DNA of 64,000 bases from the human T2T-CHM13v2.0 reference genome, Homo sapiens. The notes below the pieces were generated by a model. It did not search any database and had not been told where the DNA came from. It saw only the letters and a list, made by a program, of their open reading frames with translations. Positions 19,769-63,649 of the stretch are shown here, one piece after another (the first letter of the stretch is position 1; each line of letters opens with the position of its first letter). The position numbers were made by a program, and so were the translations under genes. The stretch lies in assembly GCF_009914755.1 (NCBI RefSeq), contig NC_060943.1. One strand, 5' to 3'.

Positions 19769-20272
19769 AACCTTGCAAGCTGAAACTAGACGACTTATGT
19801 AAACTTCTGGAGAAATCATAGCAACTTATATATAAACAACTTTTGTGCCTGCTGATGTGGACTACACAAAAGGTTCACATGAACACTGGATTCAGACTGC
19901 AATTCAGAAATGTGTCAGATTGCCGTTGTAATTGGAAGATGCTTCAGAAACTCTAGAAAACCTAGTCTATAGACTGCTCCAGACATTACAGGTGAGCCAA
20001 CATACAACTGAAAGGGTTCAAGCGGTGTTTGCCAAACGAATTGCTCTAATTGAAGCAGCAGTTGTGTGACTTTAATAAGGTTCCAGGATTATACTGTCCC
20101 TTTTTTGCTGTGACTTCCCTTTGCCCTTTTCTGATTTGTCTTCATCCCCTTTTCCATGGGGCATGACTTCTTAAGAATGAGCCTTCCTAGTGATGTAGGA
20201 TGAGATGAAACATACAGTCACAAAGTCATGTCTTCTACAATGCTTTCTCTGAAAGCTTTTGAAGAATCGGGG

Positions 20273-20592
20273 GGCCAGGTGTGCTGGCACAGGCCTGTAA
20301 TCCCAGCACTTTGAGGGTCTAAGGCAGGAGGATCACTTGAAACCAGGAGTTTAAGACCAGCCTGAGCAACAAAGGGAGACCACGTCTCTACAAAACATAA
20401 AATAAATCAAATTAGCCAGGTGCAGTGGTGCATGCCTATAGTCTCAGATACTTGGGAGGCTAAGGTGGGAGGACCGCTTCAGCCCAGGAGTTCAAGGCTG
20501 TAGTGAGTGCACTCCAGTCTGGGTGACAGAGCAAGGTTGTGTCTCTAAAAGAAAAAAAAAAAAAAAAAAAAAAAAAAAAGAAAAGAAAAAGA
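20273..20592 (+). mobile_element. AluJ-like
   Basis: Diverged Alu with long A tail. Confidence 0.88.
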
Positions 20593-22969
20593 AAGGGGTA
20601 AACAGGAAAGCCAAAGATCTCGAGCATCTCCAGATGATTGCCTGAACAAATTGTTTTTTCTTGGCTTCCAAACCTTTCAAGATGTATATTACTTTGTAAA
20701 AGAAAGACATGCCAATTGTAACTTTAAGTGAGCAATCAAAATCTAGCTCCTAAAACTGAAGTATTTTAACTCTCATTCTGATAATTTATTTTCTGAGGCA
20801 CAGAAGAAAGACAAGATTAGGTCAATTGTTTTTATGCCCACTCCATCTCTTCCAACCTGCCTTCTCCCCTTTAATCAAATGTATAAACACTAAGCCTCCT
20901 GAAACCTCTTCAGAGAAAACACAAGCCACAGAGGTTTTTTGCAACTCATGTTTTCCCAGGGTGCACCATCAAGCTCTGGCTCGATAAAACTCAATTGGTC
21001 AAGACCCTTGCCTCAGTCAGTCATTCTGGATAACCACCATGAGTCCTGCAAAGCCCTTCAGTAATCTATTGCCTGCCTAGGTGATGTGTACCCAGGTGAG
21101 TCAGGTCTTCATGAGTCAAACACTCGTCTTCCTTTTCTGTCTTTCCCAACCCTACCACTCAGTGCTGTGTGCTCTGATCTGACCCCAGCTCCCAGGTTGT
21201 TTGTATTGGTCTAAGAAAGCAAGACCAGGAGGGGCAGGTTGAGAAGGAAGTAAGAGGCCAACAGCCATGGAAAGTGGCAGGTGGGGCTGTCATTGCTCAA
21301 AGCCACACACCCTGGGTGCATTTTGTGAATTTTTCTGGATTCGGAATCTTTTTCCTGTGTGTCTGTCTAGAAACTCACCTTCTTCCTACTTTCTTCTCAG
21401 TACACTTTCTGTTTCTAGTGCACTCATTTATGTCCAGAGAATGGCCATGCAAATAGTTGACAATAGAATAAAAAATGACTTTTTATGAGACTTGGAAGCT
21501 GGCCTTTCTTTTTTCCAAAAGAGATTGAGGTTTCCATAAAAACTAGCTTTTATGCAGGGCTGTGTAGTTGTGAGTGTAGTTTTAGGGAACAGGTGCATAA
21601 GTGAAGGGTGAGACAGAAAACAAAATGCTGGCTGTTTGTCAAATCCTGAAAGTAGGGGGGCTGAAATCATTTTTGAAGGAGGATGTCATTCAGGAGACCT
21701 TGTACATCTTAGAGTGTCCTCTTACCAGATGAAGTGGAGGATGAGGTTGAATTAGGGAGTTAGGTGACAGTGGGCACATACTTCTCTGCCTCAGTTTTTT
21801 TTTTAAATCTGTAAAAATGGGGATGATAACACTCAGGATTTTTTGGTGAGGACTGTAGTTACCTGGAAAGCCCTTAGGATAGTGCCCGGTGCATAGTGAG
21901 TGCTGCATCAGTGTGAGCTATTATAATTATGGGAATAGGCAAAGGTGCCACCCTGGCCATCCAGAGTGGAGAGGTATTTTCTGGTCAGGGTCCAGGCAGG
22001 CCAGCTGGAGATGAAGCTGATTAGTGGGGAAGCTTAACTTCCAGGAGCGGAAGAATTTAGGAGGAGTAAACAGAATGCACAACATTCTGTAAACATGCCT
22101 TTACCCAACAGTAGGAATACTCAGAGTGGGTGTGGCTTCCATGGCAATCATTATCTCCTGGGAATCTAAGAATGTGTCCTAGAGTCAAGTGGCTTTGATG
22201 TAAGCCAAACCTGGAAATGGGCTTCAGGGCTGCCTTGCACATAGCATTCATTCATCTTGAAAAAGGAAAGCATTCATCTTGCTAAAGGAATCCCCTCTTC
22301 TGGTCCAGGCCATTATTTTTGCTTTTGTACTATCCTAATTTTTAAGGTGTAAGGAGAAAGACCAAAGAATAAAATAATGAAGTACCTGTATGAAATAACA
22401 GGGTAGAATTGAGACTGGTACGTGTAAGTTAAGAGAAATTGTGTATAAATTTTTGTGAACAGAAAAAGGATTTCTTGTTGCAAACTGACCTCTCTATATA
22501 AATAATACCCATTGCCTTGAATGGATGGCAGACCGCATCACAAGAACATTCCAGCAGAGTCATGAGAGAATGGGTAGTGTGGCTTCTTTAATTGGCAGGT
22601 TAGACTGAGTAAGTTACTGAAGAGAAAGGAGTTGAAGGAGAAGATGGGTGAGGGCAAGAAAAATGGGAAGGTGAAAGGAAAGGACTGAAAGGAATGTTTA
22701 CCAAGGGCTCATCAGGTACCAGGCTCTGTGACTAATGTCTTACACATGTTAATTTACTCTTCCACTGTCATTTTCTGATGCAGTAAGAGTCAGTCTTACA
22801 CTACAGGTGAGGAAAGAGGCTGAGGGAGGTCAAATGAGTGGCCCAGGGTCATCCAGCCACTTCATAGCAGAGCTAGTGTGTTTCACTGTGGTTTGTGCAG
22901 ACAGAAAAGTGAGACATAGAAGGAAGGCAAAACATTTTTGTTGTGGGTGATGTTTATGAAAGTGACCCG

Positions 22970-23530
<561 letters not shown>

Positions 23531-23654
23531 CATGTGTGATAAGACAAAATTACAACTAATTTAGTTACAGATGTAATTGGCTTTTATTTGTGATTTATGA
23601 TTTGGGGCAGCTCTCCCTCTACAGATGCCTCAGCATCCCAAGTAGCTGGGACTA

Positions 23655-24755
23655 TATTGCGGGATCTGGCCAGCAGCCTGCAATGCAACGGGGCTCTTTC
23701 TTTGTTCCCAGGCAGATCAGCAGGTTGAGAAATAAAAGACACACACAAGATAGTGAAAGCTGGGTCCAGAGGGGTCACCGCCTTCTTGTCCTGCAATGCT
23801 GCCAATGCACTGGATATACCAGCATTTATTATTAAGTTTAGTGAGAGCGGGGTTAGGTTAGTGAGGGATTTAGGGTCATTTATAGGCTCTCCACAAGCGT
23901 TGCATTCCATTCCCAGAGCTATGGACATCTGCTTTTCTGGGATAGGAATCTTGGTAATGTGAAACCTCCCTGACTGCACGTCTGTTCATAGGCTCTCTGC
24001 CGGGGGAAGCACATCACGTGCTGTTGGCTCATTCTGGCAGTCCAACCTGGCATTTGTCTTTACACAATCCTGCATGCAATTTTGTATTTACAATAATCAG
24101 GAGCATTTCATCTTTTATTCCATAGCAATAGTTTCAGGGGGTCTCCCTACATCTCCCCCTTTTCTCTGATTTAAATGAACCATAGCAATCATAGCTTGGC
24201 ACTGATCACGATTGGATTGAAGAATATTTTTTTCCAATTTTACATATGAACAATAAACCAATAGCACAAATTATACACAGAACAAAATTAACGATAGTGG
24301 ATCCTCCCAAAGATATTACCTATTGAATGGGGTTGAGATTAGATAACCCCTCAGAGATACTGTCTAAAACTTCAGCACTGGGTAAAGCAGTTAAGTGTGC
24401 TTGAGAGGCTTCAAAAATCTGTTCTTTTAGCTTGCTTATGTCTAAACTTAAATTATCTTCACTTCCTTGTAAATGGGATTTTACTGATTCCCAATTATGA
24501 ACAGACTCATTATATTGGAACTGAGTTATACAAAAATCAGAAGTATTCCTATCACACTAAATTTGTAATCTATGTTCTAAACTCATAATTCTATCTCCCA
24601 TCCATATAACAGAAGCACATCAAGCGCTGTAGGCTCATTCTGGCAGCCAATCTGGCATTGTCTTTACACAATCCTGCATTCAACTTTGTATTGACAATAA
24701 TCAGGAGCATTTCATCTTTTATTCTGTAACAATAGTTTCAGGGGTTCTCCCTACA
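23655..24755 (-). mobile_element. Internally deleted HML-7 (MER11D-like LTR) provirus: 3' LTR 23655-24151, PPT, env-TM remnant, 5' LTR stub ~24625-24755
   Basis: 6-bp TSD GGACTA (23649-23654, 24756-24761); env remnant [28 protein letters not shown]; LTR start TGTAGGGAG duplicated. Confidence 0.8.
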
Positions 24756-24920
24756 GGACTACAGGTGTGCACCACCATGCCTGGCTAATTTTTGTATTTT
24801 TAGTAGAGACAGGGTTTCACCATATTGAACGGGCTGATCTCGAACTCCTGACCTGGTGATCTGCCTGCCTTGGCCTCCCAAAGTGCTGGGATTACAGATG
24901 TGAGCCACTGCGCCCAGCCC
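24756..24920 (-). mobile_element. Alu split by the HML-7 insertion (other piece 23627-23654)
   Basis: gcctcagcatcccaagtagctgggacta | caggtgtgcaccacc... is contiguous Alu sequence across the provirus. Confidence 0.85.
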
Positions 24921-25338
24921 ATAAATCACACATTTCTTTGAGTTTTTGTAATTCCAGCCCAAGAGAAACCATTTGATATTTCAAGAATGGCTGCACACAA
25001 ATATTTTCACACAAATAAAAACATCTGTAGATTGCACCACACGAGGGAGACTACCAGTATGACTATCAGGAGGAAAATATCAAGAGTTTGGAATATGCAC
25101 CTTAGGAAAGATGCAAACCAACTACAATAGGATAGATCAAAGAAGAAGCCAGAAGAGTCTAGTCATTTTAACCAGTCAGCAAATTTATTGATTTTTACAA
25201 CCAAGTCTTTATAATACCCAATGTATTTATCCATGTGCAACAAGAAGTGTCAGAAACTGCACAGGCTCCCCACTGTTCAGCTGGTAGAGAGCAATTCTAT
25301 TATCTATTATTGCATGTCTATGTTAAATTAAAAAAGGG

Positions 25339-31286
<5,948 letters not shown>

Positions 31287-31434
31287 TAAATTAAAACAGG
31301 GAGTGAGAATAGGTAAGTATAGAAGTGGAAGCCTAAAAAAAACTCCATACATTTGAGGAAAAAGTTGTGTTACAGAGGCAGCTAACATCAGCCTTTGGGT
31401 GGACTAAAGGATCTCTTTTTATGTAAAAATGCGT

Positions 31435-31730
<296 letters not shown>

Positions 31731-32609
31731 GTGTGGTTGACATGATATATCGGACACTGTTAACTTACTCTCAGAAGCTACTTCTTGTGAAATCCTAAGT
31801 ACAGCATTATTCTGGGAAGCAAAGGAGACAGGCAGAAGCAAGGACAAATTAAGAGAGGTAACAGTCTCATCATGACTGATAGTCTTGTTCTAACATCTTG
31901 AGAAAAGCTGTCCACAGTGTAAAGTCATCAACTTGTCGTGGTTTGCAGTTTGAGTGTCTCTAAGTTATGGTGTTGAACATTTGGTGAGCTCTTAGTGGCC
32001 CACACTTCAGACACGAGGGTTTCTCCATGAAATTTACATTGAGTTGTCCATCTCCATCTTATATGGCTTCAGGAACAGAGCTGCTCTTGTTCTTAATGAT
32101 TTCACTGGAGAAAATTAAATTGGAAGAACTAAAAGAATTCAGGGTCCAGTCCAGTCTACCAGTGGATTATAAGTACTCAAAGATAATGAACAGTGGTTCA
32201 ATCTGGTAACAGGTGTACTACAGTTTTTCTTTTCAACATAGTTTTTCTCTTTATAGGAGTCTCTATTTTTACCAAAGATAATTCCAGTAGGATGAACTCT
32301 TTTGCAAAATAGGTTGAGTCTCACCGAACTTGCCCAGATTTTTTACCTAAGTGCGGCAAGAGTAGCGATGGACCATAGAGGCTCTTTTTAAACTCCCCTT
32401 TGCTGGAAGTTTTTAGTAAGAATCTCAGATTAAACTTCCAAAAACCTCTTGAGACTAAGAAGCCAAACCAAGGCCAACTTCAGACTTTGCCTGCATTCCC
32501 TATGGGTTTATTCTATGTATATTCTCAAATATAACATCCCAGTCAAAGCCTTGGTAATATAACCAATGTTTTCAAATGTGTCCTGTTATAAAGAGAGCAG
32601 ATCCTTACT

Positions 32610-33057
32610 GAACTTGTGCAGATAACTTTATTACCATAAACATATGAATACTCCTGAATAGTTTCCCAATTCTGGGGCACTTAGGGAGCAAAAGCAAATG
32701 TTTCAATTTTTGTTTACAAAAGTATACTTTACCAATTGCTGAAGAAAAAAAGTGCATAAATCTGGAGAATAAAACATTCAAAGAATCAGCACATTTTCAA
32801 ATAGAAAATTATGAAAACATTGTTTTGACTATTTAGTCCAATAAAATTGGGTTTTTTTCTTTGTCTTGAATTTCATGAAGTATCAGCCTGTTCATTAAAA
32901 TTTTGAAAGTTCTTAGTCCAGTGGTATGATCTTGAAGTTATCAGGAACTTGTATTCAAGAGTCCTTGTCAGAGTCTTTTCATAAATCTCCTTGAACAAAA
33001 AGCAATTTTGGACTGTAGCTGATGGTAAATACTTTGAGGAAGAATGAAAGCAACTGT
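32610..33057 (-). other. PSG3: PSG3 non-coding last exon (3' UTR)
   Basis: Acceptor TCATTCCCAG|ACAGTTG at 33057; resembles recalled PSG/CEA 3' UTRs; ends shortly after AATAAA. The 3' end coordinate is approximate. Confidence 0.75.
32627..32632 (-). terminator. Poly(A) signal AATAAA of PSG3
   Basis: Plus-strand TTTATT at the end of the 3' UTR exon. Confidence 0.7.
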
Positions 33058-33220
33058 CTGGGAATGACAAAGATTTAAAATGACTATGGTTAAAAATCTA
33101 ATGAGAATTTATTATGGTAAAGACACAGCTCACAAAATCTAGTTACTTCTGTGGCATATGACACTATGATAACATATTTGATTTCCAGAAATTTCATATA
33201 ATTTTTAGAATACTCATTAA

Positions 33221-33520
<300 letters not shown>

Positions 33521-34948
33521 TAGAATACTCATATTATTAACATTCCCATAAATATTATTTAGAGGAGGTTTAGCATCACTTATCACTTATTTGAAAATGC
33601 TTTCTATATAATTTAACTTATCAAATAAAGTGGCTTTTCCATTCAGCTTCTGTTTGTTAACTGGATTACTGAGTTCTTGGTGTAGCCCATTCATAAATAG
33701 GGCCAAAAAAGTATAGTCTTATGTATGTTGAAAAAGGTCCTTAGGTAATTCCAGTACTTCCAGCTGAAATTCATTGATTTAGTTTTAAGTTCTACCTATT
33801 ACAACAAGAGTTCTCCATCCTTGTTACATGTTAGTAGTGTCAGGGAAGACTTAAAAATTACCAATGCCTGGGTCCCTCTCCAGACCTTTAAACTGGAACT
33901 AATGGGTGGGGCTTGAGCATCCACTTTTAAAAATGTTTTCCAGTGATTCCAATGTGTAGCTCTATTTCCCATCAGATTTCTCTGATTTCTTGTGGCATTC
34001 AATTTTTTCTATTTTGGTATCATGATTATTTTCAGGTCTCATTTCCTGTCTTAGGCTTTATGTCTCCTGGCGTAGGGACCTTGCCTTCATCATTTCTGTA
34101 TCTTTTTTAAACACATGAACTGGTCATCAGGAAAAGATCTCAACCACACATAGGTTGTGTTCTGAGTCTCAGGTTCACATGTTAATCCTAAAGTCTTAGT
34201 TCTCCACGAGGTCAGATGTTGCTTGTGATGAAGGGTGTGGTTAAGTCTGCAGTGCAGATGGTAGAGGGGATTTCACTCTGTTTTCAGACATAGCATTGGA
34301 ACTAAGAATTTTATATCTATATGGGTGAAGGGACAGGGGTGTGTAGGAAGACAGTTCTAATTAGGATGGAGGAATTATACTAGGAAGTAGCGGTAAAGGA
34401 AGTGAGAAGGCTTAGTAAATAGAAGAAATGTGAACTTATCAAAGTGGCTAGAGTAGACCCCTGGAGATTCTTGATTAAGTGAATTAACTAGATTTTAGAA
34501 AGGTAATGAGGCAGTCATATGCAAGGAAGATTTCAAAGTCTGGAGACAAGAAGTCAAGCAATACTTTGAGAAGTGGTTGAGCTTTATGGGAATGGAGAGA
34601 ATTACACTATTGAGAGATGTTAAAAATAATGAAGAGGGTTTCACCATGTGAAATTGTGTTTTTCATTTGAATCTGAGAAACAAATGAGCAGAGAGAGAGG
34701 CTGGAGATAATTATGTCTAAAAGACAGTGGGGTACAGGGAGCATAAAGGCCAGGGAGAAAGGGAACTGCAGGAATTAGTGCTGAGAAGCAGGAGTTAGTG
34801 GAGGAAGGAGGAGATCCAGTCCCAGATACAGGCAAATAAGTCTTTTCCCTCTCCCAAGCATGGCAGTTAGCCCTGCAGGAACCAGGATAAGAGGAAAGGT
34901 CATCATACCTGCCAGTCTTCCTGAAATACAGAAATGACATCACGGCTG

Positions 34949-51343
<16,395 letters not shown>

Positions 51344-51439
51344 GGTCTCTGCTGCCTGCGTGTTCTCCTCTGTGGAGCTGAGCCTAGGATCCAGAAACTT
51401 CCTGAGCATGGCTCTCAGCTGTGCTGTCCTTCCTCCTTC

Positions 51440-51520
51440 TGCGCTGAGCCTCTTCCCGGGGCAGGAGCACTTCTCAGGTTCATGGGCGGGGTCAGGCCCA
51501 GGACACCTCTCTGTCCCCTC
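51440..51520 (-). promoter_or_regulatory. PSG3 TATA-less proximal promoter: GC box (GGGCGGGG 51484-51491) overlapping a DR5 RARE-like element (GGGTCA-N5-AGGACA 51489-51505)
   Basis: Motifs read directly ~140-160 bp upstream of the ATG. PSG promoters are known to be TATA-less and Sp1/KLF- and RXR-responsive. Confidence 0.65.
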
Positions 51521-51651
51521 CTCTCTCAGTCCTGCCTCCTTGTCCCTCCTGTTTTTCCTTTTGTCTGTGTTTCAGGTCCCTGGGAATTGTGGAGGCCTCT
51601 GCCTTTTTCAGCAGTGATTCTTTCACCAAGCCTCATCACACACTTTGTGCA

Positions 51652-51702
51652 GACACACACACACACAGACACACACAGAAGAGACACACACAGACCCACA
51701 CA
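51652..51702. repeat. CA-rich imperfect microsatellite in the PSG3 promoter region
   Basis: Read directly. Confidence 0.85.
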
Positions 51703-53669
51703 GTCAGAAACATACCCTGCAGGTTGGGCAAGCAGAGTCCTGGGCCTCAGCCTCCTGCTCTCCCCATGGCTCTGGGTCGGGGTGCACATTCATGCCCTTT
51801 GGCCTCTTTCATCCCCATCTGGCTCTCCCCTTCAGTGCAGGAGGCTGGAGCTGAACCAGGTCCCTGTCACAGTGACACCCCATTGTGCTGTGGGTGAGCT
51901 GTGTGTTGCCTGATGAGAGGGAACCTTCCTTTTTCTAATCGTGTCTAGCTTGGCTGCAGCTTCCAAGGATGGACATTCAGGACCTGGGTGTCCCAGAGGA
52001 AACTGTCCTTCCTGGAGGTGTGCAGGATGAATCTCTCATGCCTCTTGTGAGGAGAGGCCTGTGCTGGTTGCTCAGTGGGGGGCTGTGAGTCCCATAGTCA
52101 AAGGGACAGTTCTCGGTCACTCTATGGCTCCCTGGGGTCTGGCGGCTGAGCTGGAGCTCATGGTTTCTCATGTTCTTCCTGACCATCTTTGATGTCCTCT
52201 CTTCTCTGCCCAGCTTATTGTCCTGTGGTCACCACACCTTCCCCGTGGTGGTGCAGGAGGAAGTGGGGAGTTACCCAGGAACCCCGGGGGACATGGCTCA
52301 TTGAGATGCAGGAGGGGGAGCCTGGGACAGAGCAGGGGTTCAGAGCTGGAGAGATTCATCCCAACTTACTCTGTGGCCATGATGGGCTCAGCCATCCATG
52401 TGCCGACATACCCAGGGGTCTGTCCTGAGGTTTTTGACCTGGCCAAGCTGCTGTGTGTAGAGGAGGAACAGGTAGTGGCCAGAGAGCCTGTCTGGAGGGA
52501 CGTTGCTCACACCTGAGTGGGCGTGTGGGGGTGAGTTGTGTTCTGGGAGCAAAGAGCAATAACATCCCCCTTCTCCCAGCAAGCACACAGGAGAGGTCTG
52601 TCTTCCCAAGGGACAGCTGGGGGTAGGTGGCCACATCCCGGATGGTGCCTGTGTGTGAGCATCACACGTGCTCTGAGCCCCCCGGGGTGCAGGGAGCAGG
52701 CAGGACACAGGGTGCCTGGCTGATTCCCGGGGAGGCTGTGGGCCCTCAGGCAGCCACTGTTCTGTGTCAGTGCTAGGCTTGGCCTGGGATGCCCCAGAGA
52801 ACAGGACAGATGGAGCAGGGGCAGGCATTTAGGGAGCAGTGACAGAACGAGTTGATGAGGATGGAGGGAGGCCACGAGGGGAAAGCACCCAGTGTAGTGT
52901 CGCGTGCACCAGCACTGCCCTGGGAGATGCCTTTAGCTGGGCCCAGGGAAGGAGCAGGTGTGTGGGGAGGAGCTCCCTGCAGGGGGAGTGGTGTTAGGTT
53001 GGCGGCCCCCAGGTCAGGGAGGAGCTGACAGAGTCCGTGTGGGGAGCATGGAGGGCGCTGAGGACTTGGGCCGAAGTGACCCTGGTGAGGGTGGACCCTG
53101 CTGGGCTGTGGGTTCCGTTGAGGGCGGTTGGCATCCCCTGGGAAGGCTCCAGGCTGGGAGGGACTCTGTCCCCCTCTGGTGGACAGGGAGGGAAATGTGA
53201 ACGGCAGCAATCCCAGGCCAGGCTGCATGTTTTATTCCACATGGATCTGCACACTTCACACGAGGTCACACATATGTTATGTTACAGCTCCTTCACCTTC
53301 CAGCCCCGTGAGTCCCAGTCTGTGTGGCTCTATGTTCACTGTTCTCCCTCTTTCACAATCAGATGTCCCAAACGCAGATTTTTGTCACCTTCTGTGAGTT
53401 TGTGTTTGTGTGCAGTAGGCGGCACTGTGTATACCCTGGGGGCAGTGATGTCTGGGGCTGAGCAGTGCACATGGGCTTGGGAGAAGAAGAGGGAGCAGCA
53501 GGGTGGGAAGATCAATGTCAGGGGGGCAAGGACAAGTCATTTTCATTTTCTCACTCCCAGGGACCAGAACCCAGGATTCTGACTCCAGGGCACAGTACCA
53601 CACCCTGCTGGTGTCCCTGGATGTCATGATGCTCATAGTGTCATGTTGCCTTGTCATTCATCTTTTATG

Positions 53670-54290
53670 GTGTAAGTTTATTTGCCTCAAATCAGAGGCA
53701 GGGCTTGGTCACCAATGCAGTTTCAATACTGTATCTGGTTCAGGTGGCTCCAGTTGGTGTGCAGAGATAAAATCTTAGAGGCATCTCTCCTGCTTGGTGT
53801 GCTGGGTTTCCCTCTCTCCAGCTGCTTTCTTTAAACTGATAATTCTGACATTTGCCCTCACATTTAAAGTGACCACCTCTCAGTCACAGCGTGAGCCCCT
53901 GGTCCCAGTGTTTGCTGCTTGCTTTGAACACATCCATTAAAGCTCCCTGCTGGAAACCTGTCAGATAACACCCTGGACTTAATAAAGCCATTGGCTTACC
54001 GGTCTCTTCTCTCCTCTCTCCATGGGCTCACTGACCTCTGTGTCTGTGGTCTCCAGGTGTGCCAAGTGCTCCCCAGTGTCTGTAAGTAGTAAAAATACTT
54101 ACACTTTCACGTTGTGGTTGTATCACTGTGGCCTCACATGCCATCCAGGGTCTGATATTGAGGCTGCCTTATGGGACCTGTGCTGGTTGAGCCCCTGCTG
54201 GAGCTCTTGTTTTGGGGCGTCTGGTTCTGCTGGGGACAGGAGCTTCCAGCTAACTTGATTGAAAATCTGATGCCTTTCATTGAAACACTG
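53670..54290 (+). mobile_element. Probable old ERVL-type LTR (MER73/74/54-like)
   Basis: TG start, AATAAA at ~53981, pyrimidine tract, CA end; family not certain. Confidence 0.35.
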
Positions 54291-54385
54291 GGTCAGATGA
54301 TGTATTCATGGGCTTCAGCTGCCATAACAGACACCTTAGCCTGGGTGAATTAAATAATAGAAATCTATTTTTCACAGTTCTGTGA

Positions 54386-61815
<7,430 letters not shown>

Positions 61816-62129
61816 TCCTTTTTTGAAAGGTGGGGAGGCCAATGTTTCACGATTGGGAAAGCCATTTCTGTCTTCTTCATGGGGAAATTTGGGAGAATCT
61901 TTTAAGAAACTTAATCTAAGTAGGTAAACTGTCACCACTTTATTTGCTGAAGTGCTGTGTTAAAGTGTGCATTGACTCTTGTGGAAGAATTGTGACTCTG
62001 GAAGCACTTGCCCACATGGTGAGAGACAGTGAATTCCATGATGAGGGGCAGAGATGATGTTGTTTTGGGATACAATGTTGTTGGGGGAGTTGTATACATC
62101 TCTACTTCTTTATGTCTCTGTACAGTGGG

Positions 62130-63141
62130 TGTAGGGACCAGCCACACAGGGTCGGTGGGTTTTTCTCTCCATATGCAGAGATGAGAGATTGTAGAAATAA
62201 AGACACAAGACGAAGGGATAAAAGAAAAGACAGCTGGGCCCGGGGGACTACTACCACCAAGACGCAGAGACCAGTAGTGGCACCGAATGCCAGGCTGCAC
62301 TGATTTTTATTGGATACAAGATAAAGTGTCAGGATAAGGAGTGTGAGCCATCTCCAATGATAGGTAAGGCCACAGGGGTCACATGTCCACTGGACAGGGG
62401 GCCCTTCCCTGCCTGTCAGCTGAGGCAGAGAGAGAGAGGAGAAAGAGAGAGAGAGCTTACAGCATTATTTCTGCTTATTAGAGACTTTTAGTACTTTCAC
62501 TAATTTGCTACTGCTAACTAAACAGCAGAGCCAGGTGAACAGTATGGAACATGAAGGCAGACTAGGAGTGTGACCACTGAAGCACAGCATCATAGGGAGA
62601 CGGTCAGGCCTCCAGATAACTGCGGGTGGACCTGACTAATGTCAGGCCCTCCACAAGAGGTGGAGGAGTAGAGTCCTCTCTAAACTCCCACGGGGAAAGG
62701 GAGACTCTAAGTAGCTTTCCCAGTCTGCTAAGTAGCTGGTGTTTTTCCTTGACACTGAGGCTACTGCTAGACCAGGGCCCGCTTGGCAATGGGCATCTTC
62801 CCAGACGCTGTCGTTACCGCTAGACCAAGAAGCCCTCTAGTTGCCCTGTCTGGGCATAACAGAAGGCTCGCCCTCTTGTCTTCTGGTCACTTCTCACTAT
62901 GTCTCCTCAGCTCCTATCTCTGTATGGCCTGGCTTTTCCTAGGTTATGATTATAGAAATGAGGATTATTTTAATACTGGAATAAAGAGTAATTGCTACCA
63001 AGTAGTGATTAATAATATTCATATATAATCGTATCTAAGATCTATATCTGGTATAACTATTCTTCTTTTATATCTTATTATACTGGAACAGCTCATGCCC
63101 TCGGTCTCTTGCCTCGGCACCTGGGTGACTTGCTGCCCACA
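62130..63141 (-). mobile_element. LTR13 solo LTR (class II ERV)
   Basis: 1012 bp, minus strand TGTGGGCAGCAAG...GGTCCCTACA; perfect 6-bp TSD AGTGGG (62124-62129, 63142-63147). Confidence 0.85.
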
Positions 63142-63649
63142 AGTGGGCATCTCCATTGGACACAGTAGGTTTTGAAATCCTTGTTTATCCTCTGGGGTCT
63201 GGGTCTTGGCTTACCTGTTAGCTGCAGCTGAAAGAGGTGTCTGCTAAGGCAATGCCACCTGTGGTGAGAAGAAGGGTTCAGCAGAGTGAAAGCAGCTGGG
63301 GCTCAGAGAAACCAGGAAAGTCTGACTCTTAGAAACTGTGGGTCAGCAGATGGGTGTCCTCAGGGGTAAATGGACCATGCCAGTAGCCACTGCAGTGGAC
63401 TGGAAGAAGGTAAGGGATGCCAGTTATCGCATGTTCTCTCTCAGCTCTGCAGCTGAAGATTTGGGCCCTGGGTTGGTAAGGCCCTGCAGCAGGGGAAGGG
63501 TATACAGGAATAGCTGCATATCAGGACCAAGTCCATGTCATCTTCTTAGGCATTGTTACTGCAGATGGAGGATTCTTTTCAGAGACCTGGCCTGGACACA
63601 TGGGAGGGCCCACCCCATTCTTTTGAAATTATTTTAAGAGAACAGTATT

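Noticed and set aside
21040-22960. Possible CEACAM cytoplasmic (ITIM/ITAM) exon remnants downstream of PSG3
   Set aside because: No recognisable match by eye; the region looks like unique DNA with MIR-like fragments.
51482-53780. Many overlapping ORFs (up to 181 aa) in the GC-rich region upstream of PSG3
   Set aside because: Present in all frames on both strands, low-complexity Pro/Gly/Ser-rich, no recognisable domain; expected from high GC content.
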